Shown here: piece after piece, positions 11,839 to 22,652 of the stretch | Position numbering within the stretch: the stretch's first letter is position 1 | How the letters are laid out: each line of letters starts with the position of its first letter | Assembly (NCBI GenBank): GCA_036270375.1 | Contig: DATBCR010000714.1 | Span: 1 to 37,417 of the forward strand | Source of the DNA: Pseudonocardiaceae bacterium | Lineage (GTDB): Bacteria > Actinomycetota > Actinomycetes > Mycobacteriales > Pseudonocardiaceae | Reading direction: 5' to 3' | DNA: 37,417 nt | The notes under the pieces: generated by a model | Seen by the model: only the letters and a program-made list of their open reading frames with translations | Told to the model about the DNA's origin: nothing | The model's database searches: none | Made by a program: the position numbers and the translations under genes

Positions 11839-14800
11839 TCAGTCCAGTCCGAATGCCAGCTCGTCGGCCTCGTCGTCGGCCAGCGAGAGCAGTGGAAGTG
11901 CGATTGATTCGCTGAGCGATTCGGTGGTTGAGAGACCCGCAGCGGTCGCACCGACCACCGAACCGACCAACGTCCGTGCCACGCCGGCCAGCGCGGCCAC
12001 GGTACGGTGCCGGAAAACAGCTCCGACATCGATCTCGACGCCGGCCAGCCGCGCCCTGCCGACGACCTGGATCGAGTTGATGGAATCCCCACCCAGTACG
12101 AAGAAGTCGTCGTCCAGCCCGACCCTCGGCACGCCGAGCACGGCGGCGAACACCGTGCACAGCACCTCCTGCGTCGGTGTCACCGGCTCCCGGCCGCCCC
12201 ACAGTTCCAGCAGGTCCGGGTCGGGGATCGGCAGCGCGTCCCGGTCCAGCTTGCCGTGCGCGGTCAGCGGCAGCGCGTCGACGACGAGCACGGTTGCCGG
12301 CACCAGGTAGCCGGGCATCCGTTGGCCCAGCAGGAAACGCAGCTCCGCGGGATCTGGTTCGGCGGCGGCCACCACGTAGCCGACGAGTTTCGCGTTGCCG
12401 GCCGCGTCGTCGATCACGCGCGCGGCGGCGTCCGCGATCCCGTCCAGTGCACGGAGCCCGGCCTCGACATCGCCCAGTTCGATCCGGTGGCCACGCACCT
12501 TCACCTGGAAGTCCCTGCGTTCCAGGAACTCCAGCTGGCCGTCCGGCCGCAGTACGACCAGGTCACCGGTGCGGTACATCCGCGCCCCGGCACCGGCGAA
12601 CGGGTCGGCGACGAACGTCGCGGACGACTTGACCGGGTCGCGCAGGTAGCCGCGGCCGACGCCGGTGCCACCGACGTACAGCTCGCCGGGCACACCGGGT
12701 GGGACCGGGCTCAGCTCGTCGGACAGCACGTACAGCAGGGTGTTGCGGACGGCACGGCCGATCGGCACGCGCGTGCCAGATATCGTTGCGCCGCTTACGA
12801 AGGCGTGTGTCACGTCGTCCGAGCACTCGGTCGGGCCGTACGCGTTGAGCAGTGGGATCCCGGCGAACCTGGCCGCCCAGCGGCGGCACAGGTCCGGCGG
12901 CAGCGCCTCGCCGGTCACCGCGAGCCACCGCAGTGTCGTCAGTGCCGGCATCCGCGCGCCCGCGTCCCAGTCGTCAAGGGTGGCGCGCAGCAGCGACGGC
13001 ACGACCTCTAGTACGGAGACCTCGTCAATGTCCACAGTGGATAAAAGCGCTGTCGGATCACCAGAGGTCTCCCGGGTCACCACGCGGACGGAGCCGCCGG
13101 CGAGTAGCGCGGCCAGCATCTGCCACACCGAGATGTCGAACGTGACGGGAGCGTTGTGCACCACTATGTCGCCCGCGCCGAGCGCGAGATCCTCGACCTT
13201 GGCCAGCAGGTGGTTGACCATGCCGCGCCTGGTTACCATGGCGCCCTTGGGTCGGCCGGTCGAACCGGACGTGAAGATGACGTAGGCAAGATCGTTCGGC
13301 GCGCCGAGCGTCGGGGCGAGATCGGTGAGCGGATCGGTGACCTCGTCCAGCACCATGATCTCCACCGGGTGGTGGGCGGCGGCAGCGACGTGCTCGGCGA
13401 GCGAGCACAGCGACCGGGACACCAGCAGCACGTCCGCGTGCGAGTCGGCGAGCACGGTCGCGGTCCGCGCGATGGGCGCGTGCACGTCCAGCGGCACCCA
13501 CGCGGCCCCCGCGCCGAGCACGCCGAGCACGGCGGCGACGAAACCGGTGCCCGGCTCGGCGAGCACAGCGGCGAGCCGCACGCCGGTCAGTCTGCGGGTG
13601 ATCGCGCTGGCCCGGCCGACGAGCCGCGCGTAGTCCAGCGTGCCGCTGTCGTCGGACACGGCTCGGGTTTCCGGCGCTGCCATGGCGATCACGCGGATCG
13701 CGGTCACCACGTCGCCGTCCGGTTCCGGTTGCCGCACACCCGCGACGGGCAGCCAGTCCTCGGGGGTCGGCAGCACATCCAGACCGCCCAGCCTGCGGTT
13801 CGGGTGGGCTACGGCCTCGGCGAGTAGGCGGACCATCGCGTCGGCGAATCCGGCGACTCTTTCGCGGTCGAACACGTCCGGCGCGTGGTCGAACCGTAGC
13901 CGCAACTGTTGGCCGGGTAGGACGACGAGGCTCAGCGGATAGTGCCGGGCGTCCCGTGCCCATGTCCGCGTGACCCGCATGCCGCGTGTCTCGCCAGCCA
14001 ACGCCGTCGCGTCGGTCGGGAAGTTCTCGAACACCACGGCCGTGTCGAACGGCTCCCCGGCACCCGCGAGCGCCGGCACGCCGGACCGCAGCCGGGCCAG
14101 GCCGACGTGGTGGTGCGGCGCCATCGTGGTCCACTGCCGCTGCAACTGCCGGCACAGCGCCACGATCGACGTGCCGGGTGTGGTCGCCGCGCGCACCGGC
14201 ACCGTGTTCAGGAACATGCCGACCATCACGTCCGAGCCGGCCACCTCCGGCGGCCGCACGGCGACGGTCGCGCCGAACAACACGTCCTGCTTGCCGGTCA
14301 GCCGCCCGACCAGCACGGCCCAGCAGCCCTGTACGACGCTGTTCACGGTCAGGTCCGCCGCGCCTGCGAACTTTCCAAGAGCCGCGGTCAACTCGGCCGA
14401 CAGGTCGACGGTGACGGAGTCCGGCAGCACGGCGGTCCGGTCGGCGCCGGGCGCCACTGTCGACGGTCCCGAGACACCGGCGAGCAGTTCCCGCCACGCG
14501 TCGAGCGCCGCCGCACTGTCCTGTTCGGACAGCCAGCGCAGGTAGTCGGCGTACGGTGGCACGGCGGGCAGGCCGGCCGCGACCGGATCGCCATCGGTGC
14601 CGTAGAGGGCGAACAGTTCGCGTGCCAGGATCGGCATCGACCAGCCGTCCACCAGGATGTGGTGTACTGTCCACAACAGACGGTGCTGATCGGGCGCGGT
14701 ACGCACCAGAGTGCAGCGCATCAGCGGCGGCGCGCTCGGATCGAACCGGCGGACGCGGTCCGCGTCGGCCAGCCGGGCCAGTTCCGCGTCCTGGTCGGCG

Positions 14801-17800
14801 ACATCCGTCAGGTCGATCACCGTGACGTCGATGTCGACCGTCGCCGGGATCACCTGCACCGGGTCGCCCGACACCCGGAACCGGAAGCCGGCGCGCAGGT
14901 TGGGATGCCGGTCCAGCAGCGCTGCCACGGCGGCGCGCAGCGCGGCGACGTCCGTCGGGCCGGCCAGGTCGGCGAGGATCTGCAGGTTGTAGACCTCGTC
15001 GCCGGTCCGGTCGAACTCGGCGTGGAACAGCAGGCCTTGCTGCAAGGGTGCCAGCGGCAGCACGTCGGCCAGACCGTTCGGCTCGGCTTCGAGCGCGGAC
15101 AGTTCGTCCTGCGTGATGTCGACCAGCGGCAGGTCGGACGGCGTGCGCCCGCCCGCGCCGTCCGCGGCGGCGTGCTCGACCAACACGGCCAGTGCGCGGA
15201 ACCAGGTGCGGGCGATGTCTTCCGCGTCGGCGTCGGCCAGGATCTCCCCGGCCCACAGCCAGTCGGCGACCAGGTGTGGGCCGTCGGCGCGGTCCTGGGT
15301 CAGTGGTGTGACGGCCAGGACGTGCCGCAACGGCAGCGTGGGGCCGGTCGCCGTGCCGACGCCGACATCGCCGTCCAGCCGCCACAGCGCATCGGTGTGC
15401 GCGGTTTCGAAGCGGCCGAGGTAGTTGAAGCCGAGTTGCGGCCGGGTTTGGAGTGTGGGGTCGTCGGCGGAATCAGTGAGGTGGCGCAGGATGCCGTAGC
15501 CGATGCCGTGGTCGGGCAGTGCCCTGCGCTGTTCCTTGACGCGCTTGAGAAGCGTGCCCGCCGCCGCGCCGCCGGCCCATGCGTCGGCCAGGTCCAGTTC
15601 GCCGGGATCGAGGGACAGCGGGAAAACGGTGGTGAACCAGCCGACCGTGCGGGACAGGTCGACGTCGTCGGCGATGTGCTCGCGGCCGTGGCCCTCCAGT
15701 TCCACCAGCACTCTGGAGTGGTCACGACGCCAATCGGCAACCGCCATACACAGGGCGGCGAGCAACACGTCGTTGATCTCGGCGTGGAATCGGGCCGGCA
15801 CGACGGTCAGCAGCGGGATCGTCGTGTCGGGCGGGAGTTCGAGCCGCAGCGAGTGAGCCGTGCCGTACGTGTCCCGGGTCGGGTCGAGTGCGCGGGTGCC
15901 GAGCAGCGGGTCGGGACCGGTCAGTTGTGCCTGCCACAGTGGTAATTCCGCTGTCCTGGCACCGGTTTCCGCCTGCTCGGTGAGCAACGCGGACCACCGA
16001 CGGTAGGACGTCGGAACCTGTTCGAGCGCTGGTGCGCCAGGCTCGCATGCGGCTTCGAGATCGGGTACCAGGACGCGCCAGGACACGCCGTCAACGACCA
16101 GATGGTGCACCATCAGCAGCAGTTCGGCGGTGCCGTCCGGCCGGCGGAACAGCGTTGCCGCGACGTTGCGCCCGGCGGCGGGGTCGAGCCGCGCGCGGGT
16201 CGCGTTGACGCGGGCGAGCCGGGCGGGGTCGGCGGTCGTGGCGAGCAGCCGATCGGTCGGGGTGTCGCCGGGTGGTGGCACAGTGAGTGTCCATTGAGGA
16301 CCAAGCACCATCCGGAGCGCGTCGTGCCGCTCGACGATGGTGGCCAGTGCCGTGGCCAGGGTCCGCTCAGTCAGGTCGGCCGGCACCGGCAGCACAACGT
16401 ACTGGGCGTAGTCCCGCATCGCGGCCGGGTCGGCTGCCGTGTCCTCGCGGAGTTGGTGCGCGATCGGCGTCGGTGCGAACTCGCCGACGCCGTCGTCCAC
16501 GACGTGGGCGCGCGGGTCGACCGGCACGGCGGCGCGCGCGATCGCGGCCGGTGTCTTGTGGGTGAACACGTCGTTCGGCGTGATCAGCAGGCCGGCCCGG
16601 CGTGCCCGGCTGATCGCCTGGATGGCCACGATGGAGTCGCCGCCGAGGGCGAAGAAGTTGTCGTCGACGCCGATCCGGTCCAGGCCGAGCGCATCGGCGA
16701 ACGCGGCGCACACCGCGCGTTCCCGGTCGTTCGCCGGCGCCCGGCCTGCGGGTGCGGCGCCGAGATCCACGTCCGGCAGCGCGGCGCGGTCCAGCTTGCC
16801 GTGCGCGGTGAGCGGCAGCTCGGCCAGCACGGCGATCGTCGACGGGACAAGGTGATCAGGCAGCCGGCCGGCCAGTGCCGTGCGCACCGCCGTGCCGTCC
16901 AGCTGGTCGGCGGCCGGCGTGACGTAGCCGACCAGCCTGCGGTGCCCGGTGCGGTCCGCGCGTACCGCGACCGCCGCGTCCGCGATGCCCGGCAGGTCGC
17001 GCAGGGCGGCCTCGATCTCGCCGAGCTCGATCCGGTGACCGCGAATCTTGACCTGGAAGTCCCTGCGTTCCAGGAACTCCAGCTGTCCGTCCGAGCGCCA
17101 GCGGACCCGGTCGCCGGTGCGGTACATCCGCGCGCCATCGGCCGCGAACGGGTCGGGCAGGAACGTCGTCGCCGTGCGGCCGGGGTCATGCAGGTAGCCC
17201 CTGCCGACACCGACGCCGCCGACGTACAGCTCGCCCGGCACGCCGCACGGCACCGGCAGCAGTTCGTCGCCGAGCACGTACAACCGGGTGCCACGCACCG
17301 GCCGGCCGATCGGTGTGCGCCCGACGACGGGTGCGCGGCCGTCCAGTACGGCGTGCGTGACGTCGTCCGAGCACTCGGTGGGGCCGTAGGCGTTGACGAG
17401 CGGCACTTTCGGGAACCGGTCCGCCCAGCGGTCGCACAGGTCCGGCGGCAACGCCTCGCCGGTCGCCACCAGCCAGCGCAGCGCGGACAACTGCGGCTGC
17501 GTCCCACCGGCGTCCCACCAGTCCAGCGCGGCGCGCAGCAGCGACGGCACGACCTCCAGGACCGTGACGGCTCGCCGGTCGGCCAGCCCGAACAGCTCCT
17601 CCGGCGACGCGGCGACGTTCTTCGGGACAACCGTCGTGCGGCCGCCGACCGCGAGTCCCGCAAGCATCTGCCACACCGAGATGTCGAACGTGACGGGGGC
17701 GTTGGCGATGATGTGGTCGGCGTCGGTGAGCCCCAGATCGTCCACTTTGGCCAGTAGGTGGTTGCCCATGCCGCGCCGGTGCACCATGGCGCCCTTGGGC

Positions 17801-19635
17801 CGACCGGTCGAACCGGACGTGAAGATCACGTAGCCGAGGTCGTCCGGCGCGCCGACGGCGGCCCGCCTTGGCTTCGTCGCGCGGCCGAACGGCAGACCGG
17901 CCGACACCACCCGAACCGTGTCCGCGACGGCCACCTCGGCGGCCAGGGCCTCGTGGCCGGGGCCGGCGACGATCAGGCCGATGCCGTTCTCGGCGAGCAG
18001 GGCCGCCGTGCGCGGCATCGGCGCCGACACGTCCAGCGGCACCCATGCGGCGCCGGTGGTCAGGATCGCCAGCACCGCGCCGACGAACCGAACGCCGGGC
18101 GCGGCCAGCAGCCCGACCAGCATGTCCGGGCCTGCCCCGGCGGCCGCCAGCTTGCCGGCCAGGCGGTCGGACCACGCGACGAGGTGCGCGTAGTCGATCT
18201 CCGTGTCGGCGTCCGCGACCGCGATCGCGCGCGGGTGGTGCAGCGCATGGTCCCGTACGCGATCCACAATGGACAGTGGTTCGCTGTCGGCGGGCCCGCT
18301 GCCCCAGTCCCGCAGGCGGTTCGCCTCCGGTTCGGTGAGCAGCGGCAGCCCGCGTACGACGCTGTCCGGCTCGGAAACGGCGAGCAGGTCGAGGAACTGG
18401 GCGAACCGCGCGAGGTGGCCGGCGACGTCCGCCTCGTCGTACAGTGCCGGATTGCCGTTGACGTGTAGGTCGAGCTGGCCGGGCACGGGTTCGGTGACGG
18501 TGATCATCAGGTCGGTGACGGTGCCCGTGGACAGGTTGACCAGCCGTGACCGGCAACCGGGCAGCGGCAGTTCGTCCGTCGCAGGCAGCACGTTCACGAA
18601 CGGCCCGAACGGCCGCTGGTCGTCGGCGCGCAGGCCCATCGCGCGGCGGATGCCGCTGGTCGGGAAACGCTGGTGCCGCAACGCTTTCGCCAGCCCTCGG
18701 GAAGTACCGGCGAGCAGTTCGCCGACCGTGGTGTCGCGGCGGACGGCGATGCGCAGCGGCAGGTAGTTGGCCACCATGCCGGGCACGGCCCGCATCTTCG
18801 CGCCGACGCGCGCGGCCACCGGCAGCGTGAGCAGCGCCTCGTCACCGCCGAGCAGCCGCTGCGTGTAGGCGGCCGACGCGGCGATGACGACGGTCGGCCA
18901 GGTCACCTTGGTCGCGGTCGCCAGCGCGCGCAAGCTGTGCACGGTGTGCTCGGGCAGGCTCGCGGTGCGGCGCAGGTGACCGGTGGCCGGCGTCAGGGCA
19001 CGACCGGACGGGCTGGCCGGGTCGGGGGCGCCGGCCAGCGTCGTCCGCCAGTACTCGCGGTCGGTCGCGAACGCGGGGGACGCCTGGTAGGCGGCGTCCC
19101 CGGCGAGCAGTTCGCGCAGCGGTGGCAGTGCGCCCGCCTCGGTCGGGCCGCCGGTGGCCAGCGCGTGGTACAGCTCGCCGAGCCGCCGCCAGCAGATCGC
19201 GTCGCTGAACCCGTCGCCGACGATGTGATGGCCGAACAGGCAGCACCAGAACCGCTGGCCGCCCAACGTGATCAGGGTCCAGCGGATCACCTCGCCGGCC
19301 GTCGGGTCGAACGGCCGGACCAGCTCGGCGTGTACCCGCCCAAGGGCCGCGGCTTCGGGATCGGCTTCGGCACTGACGTCCAGTTCGGTCATCGGCGGTT
19401 CGCCGACCGGCCGGACGACCTGGCTCGGTCGGCCGTCCACGTCCACGAACCGGGTCCTTGTGTTCTCCATCTCGCCGTACAGCAGGCGGATCGCGGTACG
19501 CAGTGCCGGCACGTCCAGCGGGCCCGTGATGTCCAGGTAGTCGCCCATGTTGTGGGCGGTGCCGCCGGGCCGCATGGTCACGTCGAACCAGATGTCGGTC
19601 TGTGCCGAGGACAGCGGCAGGAACTCGGCGCTCAC
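11839..19635 (-). CDS. NRPS, modules 1-2: starter-type C-A-T-E-C-A-T with an acidic C-terminal docking tail
   Basis: Starter C: [14 protein letters not shown] (EntF-like) and HHIVGDGFS. First A: [14 protein letters not shown]. First T: [12 protein letters not shown]: [10 protein letters not shown]. Second C: [13 protein letters not shown] and HHILVDGWS. Second A: [15 protein letters not shown]. Second T: [11 protein letters not shown]. The tail reads [14 protein letters not shown]. The start was trimmed to GTG 19635 (GGGAGA upstream), which overlaps the sbnA-like stop (GTGA). Confidence 0.97.
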   Translation of the reverse strand: MSAEFLPLSSAQTDIWFDVTMRPGGTAHNMGDYLDITGPLDVPALRTAIRLLYGEMENTRTRFVDVDGRPSQVVRPVGEPPMTELDVSAEADPEAAALGRVHAELVRPFDPTAGEVIRWTLITLGGQRFWCCLFGHHIVGDGFSDAICWRRLGELYHALATGGPTEAGALPPLRELLAGDAAYQASPAFATDREYWRTTLAGAPDPASPSGRALTPATGHLRRTASLPEHTVHSLRALATATKVTWPTVVIAASAAYTQRLLGGDEALLTLPVAARVGAKMRAVPGMVANYLPLRIAVRRDTTVGELLAGTSRGLAKALRHQRFPTSGIRRAMGLRADDQRPFGPFVNVLPATDELPLPGCRSRLVNLSTGTVTDLMITVTEPVPGQLDLHVNGNPALYDEADVAGHLARFAQFLDLLAVSEPDSVVRGLPLLTEPEANRLRDWGSGPADSEPLSIVDRVRDHALHHPRAIAVADADTEIDYAHLVAWSDRLAGKLAAAGAGPDMLVGLLAAPGVRFVGAVLAILTTGAAWVPLDVSAPMPRTAALLAENGIGLIVAGPGHEALAAEVAVADTVRVVSAGLPFGRATKPRRAAVGAPDDLGYVIFTSGSTGRPKGAMVHRRGMGNHLLAKVDDLGLTDADHIIANAPVTFDISVWQMLAGLAVGGRTTVVPKNVAASPEELFGLADRRAVTVLEVVPSLLRAALDWWDAGGTQPQLSALRWLVATGEALPPDLCDRWADRFPKVPLVNAYGPTECSDDVTHAVLDGRAPVVGRTPIGRPVRGTRLYVLGDELLPVPCGVPGELYVGGVGVGRGYLHDPGRTATTFLPDPFAADGARMYRTGDRVRWRSDGQLEFLERRDFQVKIRGHRIELGEIEAALRDLPGIADAAVAVRADRTGHRRLVGYVTPAADQLDGTAVRTALAGRLPDHLVPSTIAVLAELPLTAHGKLDRAALPDVDLGAAPAGRAPANDRERAVCAAFADALGLDRIGVDDNFFALGGDSIVAIQAISRARRAGLLITPNDVFTHKTPAAIARAAVPVDPRAHVVDDGVGEFAPTPIAHQLREDTAADPAAMRDYAQYVVLPVPADLTERTLATALATIVERHDALRMVLGPQWTLTVPPPGDTPTDRLLATTADPARLARVNATRARLDPAAGRNVAATLFRRPDGTAELLLMVHHLVVDGVSWRVLVPDLEAACEPGAPALEQVPTSYRRWSALLTEQAETGARTAELPLWQAQLTGPDPLLGTRALDPTRDTYGTAHSLRLELPPDTTIPLLTVVPARFHAEINDVLLAALCMAVADWRRDHSRVLVELEGHGREHIADDVDLSRTVGWFTTVFPLSLDPGELDLADAWAGGAAAGTLLKRVKEQRRALPDHGIGYGILRHLTDSADDPTLQTRPQLGFNYLGRFETAHTDALWRLDGDVGVGTATGPTLPLRHVLAVTPLTQDRADGPHLVADWLWAGEILADADAEDIARTWFRALAVLVEHAAADGAGGRTPSDLPLVDITQDELSALEAEPNGLADVLPLAPLQQGLLFHAEFDRTGDEVYNLQILADLAGPTDVAALRAAVAALLDRHPNLRAGFRFRVSGDPVQVIPATVDIDVTVIDLTDVADQDAELARLADADRVRRFDPSAPPLMRCTLVRTAPDQHRLLWTVHHILVDGWSMPILARELFALYGTDGDPVAAGLPAVPPYADYLRWLSEQDSAAALDAWRELLAGVSGPSTVAPGADRTAVLPDSVTVDLSAELTAALGKFAGAADLTVNSVVQGCWAVLVGRLTGKQDVLFGATVAVRPPEVAGSDVMVGMFLNTVPVRAATTPGTSIVALCRQLQRQWTTMAPHHHVGLARLRSGVPALAGAGEPFDTAVVFENFPTDATALAGETRGMRVTRTWARDARHYPLSLVVLPGQQLRLRFDHAPDVFDRERVAGFADAMVRLLAEAVAHPNRRLGGLDVLPTPEDWLPVAGVRQPEPDGDVVTAIRVIAMAAPETRAVSDDSGTLDYARLVGRASAITRRLTGVRLAAVLAEPGTGFVAAVLGVLGAGAAWVPLDVHAPIARTATVLADSHADVLLVSRSLCSLAEHVAAAAHHPVEIMVLDEVTDPLTDLAPTLGAPNDLAYVIFTSGSTGRPKGAMVTRRGMVNHLLAKVEDLALGAGDIVVHNAPVTFDISVWQMLAALLAGGSVRVVTRETSGDPTALLSTVDIDEVSVLEVVPSLLRATLDDWDAGARMPALTTLRWLAVTGEALPPDLCRRWAARFAGIPLLNAYGPTECSDDVTHAFVSGATISGTRVPIGRAVRNTLLYVLSDELSPVPPGVPGELYVGGTGVGRGYLRDPVKSSATFVADPFAGAGARMYRTGDLVVLRPDGQLEFLERRDFQVKVRGHRIELGDVEAGLRALDGIADAAARVIDDAAGNAKLVGYVVAAAEPDPAELRFLLGQRMPGYLVPATVLVVDALPLTAHGKLDRDALPIPDPDLLELWGGREPVTPTQEVLCTVFAAVLGVPRVGLDDDFFVLGGDSINSIQVVGRARLAGVEIDVGAVFRHRTVAALAGVARTLVGSVVGATAAGLSTTESLSESIALPLLSLADDEADELAFGLD

Positions 19636-20633
19636 CGTGCTCTCCCGGACAGGGTGCGGGCAACGTCGGTGAGCACTTCCTCGCCGTAGATGTCGGCCAC
19701 CCACTGGTCGTGATAGACGGTGTCCAGATAGCGCTCGCCGAGGTCCGGCGCGATAGCGACGGCGACCGGGCGGTCACCATCACGATCGCTGACGTCGTGT
19801 TCGCCGAGCCAGCGCAGCGCGCCGCTGAGCACGGTGCCGGTCGAGCCGCCGAACAGGAAACCCTTGCCGGCCAACGTGCGGCACGCGCGCACCGTGTCCG
19901 CCTCGTCGACGAGTACTACATCGTCCACAAAGGATTCATCCAGGATGCCGGGCCGAACGCTGGTGCCGAGCCCCGGGATCATCCTCGGCGCGGGCGGCGA
20001 ACCGAACGTGACGGAACCGACGCTGTCCACGGCGACCACCCGCACGGACGGCTTGTGCACGGCGAGGTGCCGCGCGCAGCCCATCAGCGTGCCCGTTGTG
20101 CCGGCGCCGACGAACAGCACGTCCAGGTCGGGGAACGCGGCCAGCAGCTCGGGGCCGGTGGTACGGGCGTGCGCGCCCCAGTTGGCCGGGTTGCGGTACT
20201 GGTTGAGCCACACGTACTCCGGGTTCTCCGCGCACAGCCGCCGCACGTGCCGCAGTCGCACACCGAGAAAGCCCAGTTCGACGTCCGGCTCGTTCATCAC
20301 GTGCACCGTGGCGCCGAGCGCCTGCATGAGCTGGCGGGCGGTGAGCGTGCATCGGGCGTCGGTGACGCACAGGAACCGGTAGCCCCGGCTGGTCGCGACG
20401 ATGCTCAGCGCGACACCGAGATTGCCGGACGAACTCTCCACGATCGTGGCGCCCGGCCGCAGCCGGCCGTCCCGCTCGGCCGCGTTCACCATTTCGACGG
20501 CGGCCTTCAGTTTGATGGACCCGGCGAAGTTGAATCCCTCGCATTTCAGGAACAAGGGGGCGGCGGCCAGGTCCGTCAGGTCGACGTACAGCTGTGCCAC
20601 GTTGAATTCCTGGGGGGACGATATGACCTGCAT
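19632..20633 (-). CDS. sbnA: SbnA-type PLP enzyme (cysteine synthase fold; N-(2-amino-2-carboxyethyl)-L-glutamate synthase of the L-Dap pathway)
   Basis: From [10 protein letters not shown] the translation aligns along its length with my memory of S. aureus SbnA: [10 protein letters not shown] (PLP Lys), [30 protein letters not shown] and GGSTGTV. AAGGAGG lies 5-6 nt before ATG 20633. The 606-aa ORF in the track is an artefactual 5' extension. Confidence 0.88.
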   Translation of the reverse strand: MQVISSPQEFNVAQLYVDLTDLAAAPLFLKCEGFNFAGSIKLKAAVEMVNAAERDGRLRPGATIVESSSGNLGVALSIVATSRGYRFLCVTDARCTLTARQLMQALGATVHVMNEPDVELGFLGVRLRHVRRLCAENPEYVWLNQYRNPANWGAHARTTGPELLAAFPDLDVLFVGAGTTGTLMGCARHLAVHKPSVRVVAVDSVGSVTFGSPPAPRMIPGLGTSVRPGILDESFVDDVVLVDEADTVRACRTLAGKGFLFGGSTGTVLSGALRWLGEHDVSDRDGDRPVAVAIAPDLGERYLDTVYHDQWVADIYGEEVLTDVARTLSGRAR

Positions 20634-20650
20634 GGTGACCTCCTTCGCGC

Positions 20651-21679
20651 CTAGACGCCGTACCTGCGCAGCTCGGCGAAGAAGCCGTCGACGGTGGCCA
20701 GTTCGCCACGTCGCACCAGCTCGTCGTAGACGAACCGACCCACCGCGAGGTCGAGCACGCCGAGACCGAACGGGGAGAACACCACGGGCCGCTCGGCCGG
20801 CAGGCGGACCGCGCCGGTGACGACGTCGGCGAGCGTGCCGGTGATGAAGTCGCGGTGCCCGACCTGCTGTTCGGCCAGGTGGACGGAGGTGTTCGCCTTC
20901 AGGCAGTGGTCGACGTCGTCGACGATGTTGGTGGCGTCGAGCACGATTTCCGGCGCCAGGTCGCGCAGCGACACGTGCAGCACCAGCGGCTTGTGCTCGA
21001 ACCAGCCGATTTCCTTGACATGCGGCGTGCCGGCGACAGTGGCGAACACGACGAGATCGGACGACCGGATCAGCTGTTCCGCGCTGTCGTGCACCGTGGC
21101 TGTCATACCGGGCATCGCCCGGTCGAGATAGCCACAGAAACCGACGGCATGGTCGGCGGACAGGTCGTACACGCCTATTTCGTCGAAATCCCAGCCGTTC
21201 GCGGCCAGGAACGTGTGGATGTAGCGGGCGATCAGGCCGGTGCCGATGAATCCGATCCGGCGTGGCCTCGGTTTCGCCGGCCCGGACAGCCGGTCGGCCG
21301 CCAGCGCCGCGGATGCGGCGGTGCGCACCGCGCTGATGATGGAGCTTTCCAGACACGCCAACGGATATCCGGTCCGCTGATCGTTGAGAATCAGCACGGC
21401 GGACGCCCGTGGCAGGCCGACGTGCACATTGTCCGGAAAGCTGGAGATCCACTTCACGCCGTCCACCCCGACCTGCCCGCCCGCCGAAGCCGGCAGCGCG
21501 ATGATCCGGGACTGCGGACGGTCGGGAAACGTCAGGAAATAGGACGGCGGATTCACCGTCTGGCCGGCCGCGTGCAGCAGGTAGGTGGCCTCGATCAGCT
21601 CGACCAGTCGTTTTTCCTGGTCCCGCAGCACATCACGGACCTGGTCCCCGCCGATGACCGCGAACGTCGGTGCTGACAC
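20651..21679 (-). CDS. sbnB: SbnB-type NAD-dependent dehydrogenase (ornithine cyclodeaminase/mu-crystallin family) of the L-Dap pathway
   Basis: RIIALPASAGG..GVKWISSFPDN...ASAVLILNDQRTGYPLACLESSIISAVRTAA and IGFIGTGLIARY (Rossmann fold) match the OCD/SbnB pattern. It is paired with the sbnA-like gene. GTG 21679 is preceded by GAGGGAG. Confidence 0.85.
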   Translation of the reverse strand: MSAPTFAVIGGDQVRDVLRDQEKRLVELIEATYLLHAAGQTVNPPSYFLTFPDRPQSRIIALPASAGGQVGVDGVKWISSFPDNVHVGLPRASAVLILNDQRTGYPLACLESSIISAVRTAASAALAADRLSGPAKPRPRRIGFIGTGLIARYIHTFLAANGWDFDEIGVYDLSADHAVGFCGYLDRAMPGMTATVHDSAEQLIRSSDLVVFATVAGTPHVKEIGWFEHKPLVLHVSLRDLAPEIVLDATNIVDDVDHCLKANTSVHLAEQQVGHRDFITGTLADVVTGAVRLPAERPVVFSPFGLGVLDLAVGRFVYDELVRRGELATVDGFFAELRRYGV

Positions 21680-21748
21680 TTGTCTGCTCCCTCTCAAGAA
21701 CCGGATGGCTCTGCCCGCCCGGACGTCACCCACTGTCGCCAACGCCGC

Positions 21749-21777
21749 TGACACGTCGCTGAGCCGCGACTGATGGG
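21749..21777. promoter_or_regulatory. Three heptamers at exact 11-bp phasing (TGACACG-N4-TGAGCCG-N4-TGATGGG) in the divergent sbnB / response-regulator intergenic region; candidate SARP operator
   Basis: Read directly: repeat starts at 21749, 21760 and 21771. The same architecture and the same heptamer TGACACG recur at 35633-35661. On the minus strand a -10-like GACAGT (21737..21732) follows after 11 nt. Confidence 0.4.
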
Positions 21778-21847
21778 TGCCGCGCGGGGCGTCGGGAGCC
21801 GATAGATTGAGTGGGCCAGCAACTCCACCGAGCGAAAGCAGCAGCCC

Positions 21848-22510
21848 ATGCGTGTCGCCCTCGCCGAGGACCAGTACCTGCTCCGGGACGGCATCAGTCG
21901 GCTGTTGGAGGCCAACGACTTCGAGATCGTCGCCGCGGTCGGCAGCGGCCCCGAAATGCTGGACGCGATGCGCGAGCACCAACCGGACATCAGCATCGTG
22001 GACATCCGACTACCACCGACATTCACCGACGACGGCCTACAGGCGGCGCTGGCGGCCCGGCGGACACATCCGGGCCTGCCGGTGCTGTTGCTGTCCCAGT
22101 ACGTGGAGCAGCTCTACGCCAAGGAGTTGCTGGAGAGCGGCAACGGCGGGGTCGGCTACCTGCTCAAGGACAGGGTGTTCAACAGCGACCAGTTCGTGTC
22201 GGCGTTGCGGCAGGTCGCGTCCGGCGGCACCGTGATGGACCCGGACGTGATCGCGAAGCTGTTGTCCCGCAACGCGAACGAGAGCATCGTCGCTCGGCTC
22301 ACGCCCCGTGAACTTGAAGTGCTCGGACTGATGGCCGAGGGCAGGTCGAACATGGCGATCGCGGCCGCCCTTGTCGTGACGGAACGCGCGGTCGCCAAGC
22401 ACATCAACAACATCCTGGCAAAACTGGACCTGCCACCGTCCGAGGACGACAACCGTCGGGTGCGGGCGGTGCTCGCGTATCTCGAGCACGGCGTGATCCC
22501 GAACTCCTGA
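21848..22510 (+). CDS. Response regulator, NarL/FixJ (LuxR-type HTH) family
   Basis: Receiver domain (VALAEDQ, acceptor Asp in DISIVDIRLPP, LLKD) plus a C-terminal HTH (LTPRELEVLGLMAEGRSNMAIAAALVVTERAVAKHINNILAKL). Confidence 0.95.
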   Translation: MRVALAEDQYLLRDGISRLLEANDFEIVAAVGSGPEMLDAMREHQPDISIVDIRLPPTFTDDGLQAALAARRTHPGLPVLLLSQYVEQLYAKELLESGNGGVGYLLKDRVFNSDQFVSALRQVASGGTVMDPDVIAKLLSRNANESIVARLTPRELEVLGLMAEGRSNMAIAAALVVTERAVAKHINNILAKLDLPPSEDDNRRVRAVLAYLEHGVIPNS

Positions 22511-22542
22511 CCCCTTGTTGGGTCAGGAGTTCGGGATCACGC
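22491..22542. terminator. Perfect 22-bp inverted repeat with an 8-nt loop, overlapping the last codons and stop of the response regulator; likely bidirectional terminator
   Basis: gcgtgatcccgaactcctgacc (22491-22512), ccttgttg, ggtcaggagttcgggatcacgc (22521-22542). I verified the arms base by base as exact reverse complements. Confidence 0.6.
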
Positions 22543-22544
22543 AC

Positions 22545-22641
22545 TCACCGCCAGTGGGTCCGTGCGGCCCAGTTTGCCGGAGAGCAGGCCGGGTCGGTCC
22601 AGTCCTGTTCCGCCTTGTCCGGCCGGCTCCGGTTGGCGAGG
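22545..22641 (-). pseudogene. Decayed 3'-end fragment of an acyl-CoA dehydrogenase gene (paralogous copy of 23957-24002 plus 24268-24318)
   Basis: 22545-22590 matches 23957-24002 at 42/46 nt and encodes GLLSGKLGRTDPLAV*, against GLLSGKLDRTDPLAVSA* in the intact gene. 22591-22641 matches 24268-24318 at 44/51 nt and encodes LANRSRPDKAEQD in a different frame. About 265 bp between the two pieces is missing. Confidence 0.8.
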
Positions 22642-22652
22642 CACCGGGTGGA

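Noticed and set aside
19632-21982. Track ORFs of 606 aa (19632..21452) and 443 aa (20651..21982) taken at face value
   Set aside because: The N-terminal extensions are Arg/Pro-rich and overlap the upstream gene. Homology to SbnA and SbnB begins at internal starts with good SD sequences (20633 and 21679).
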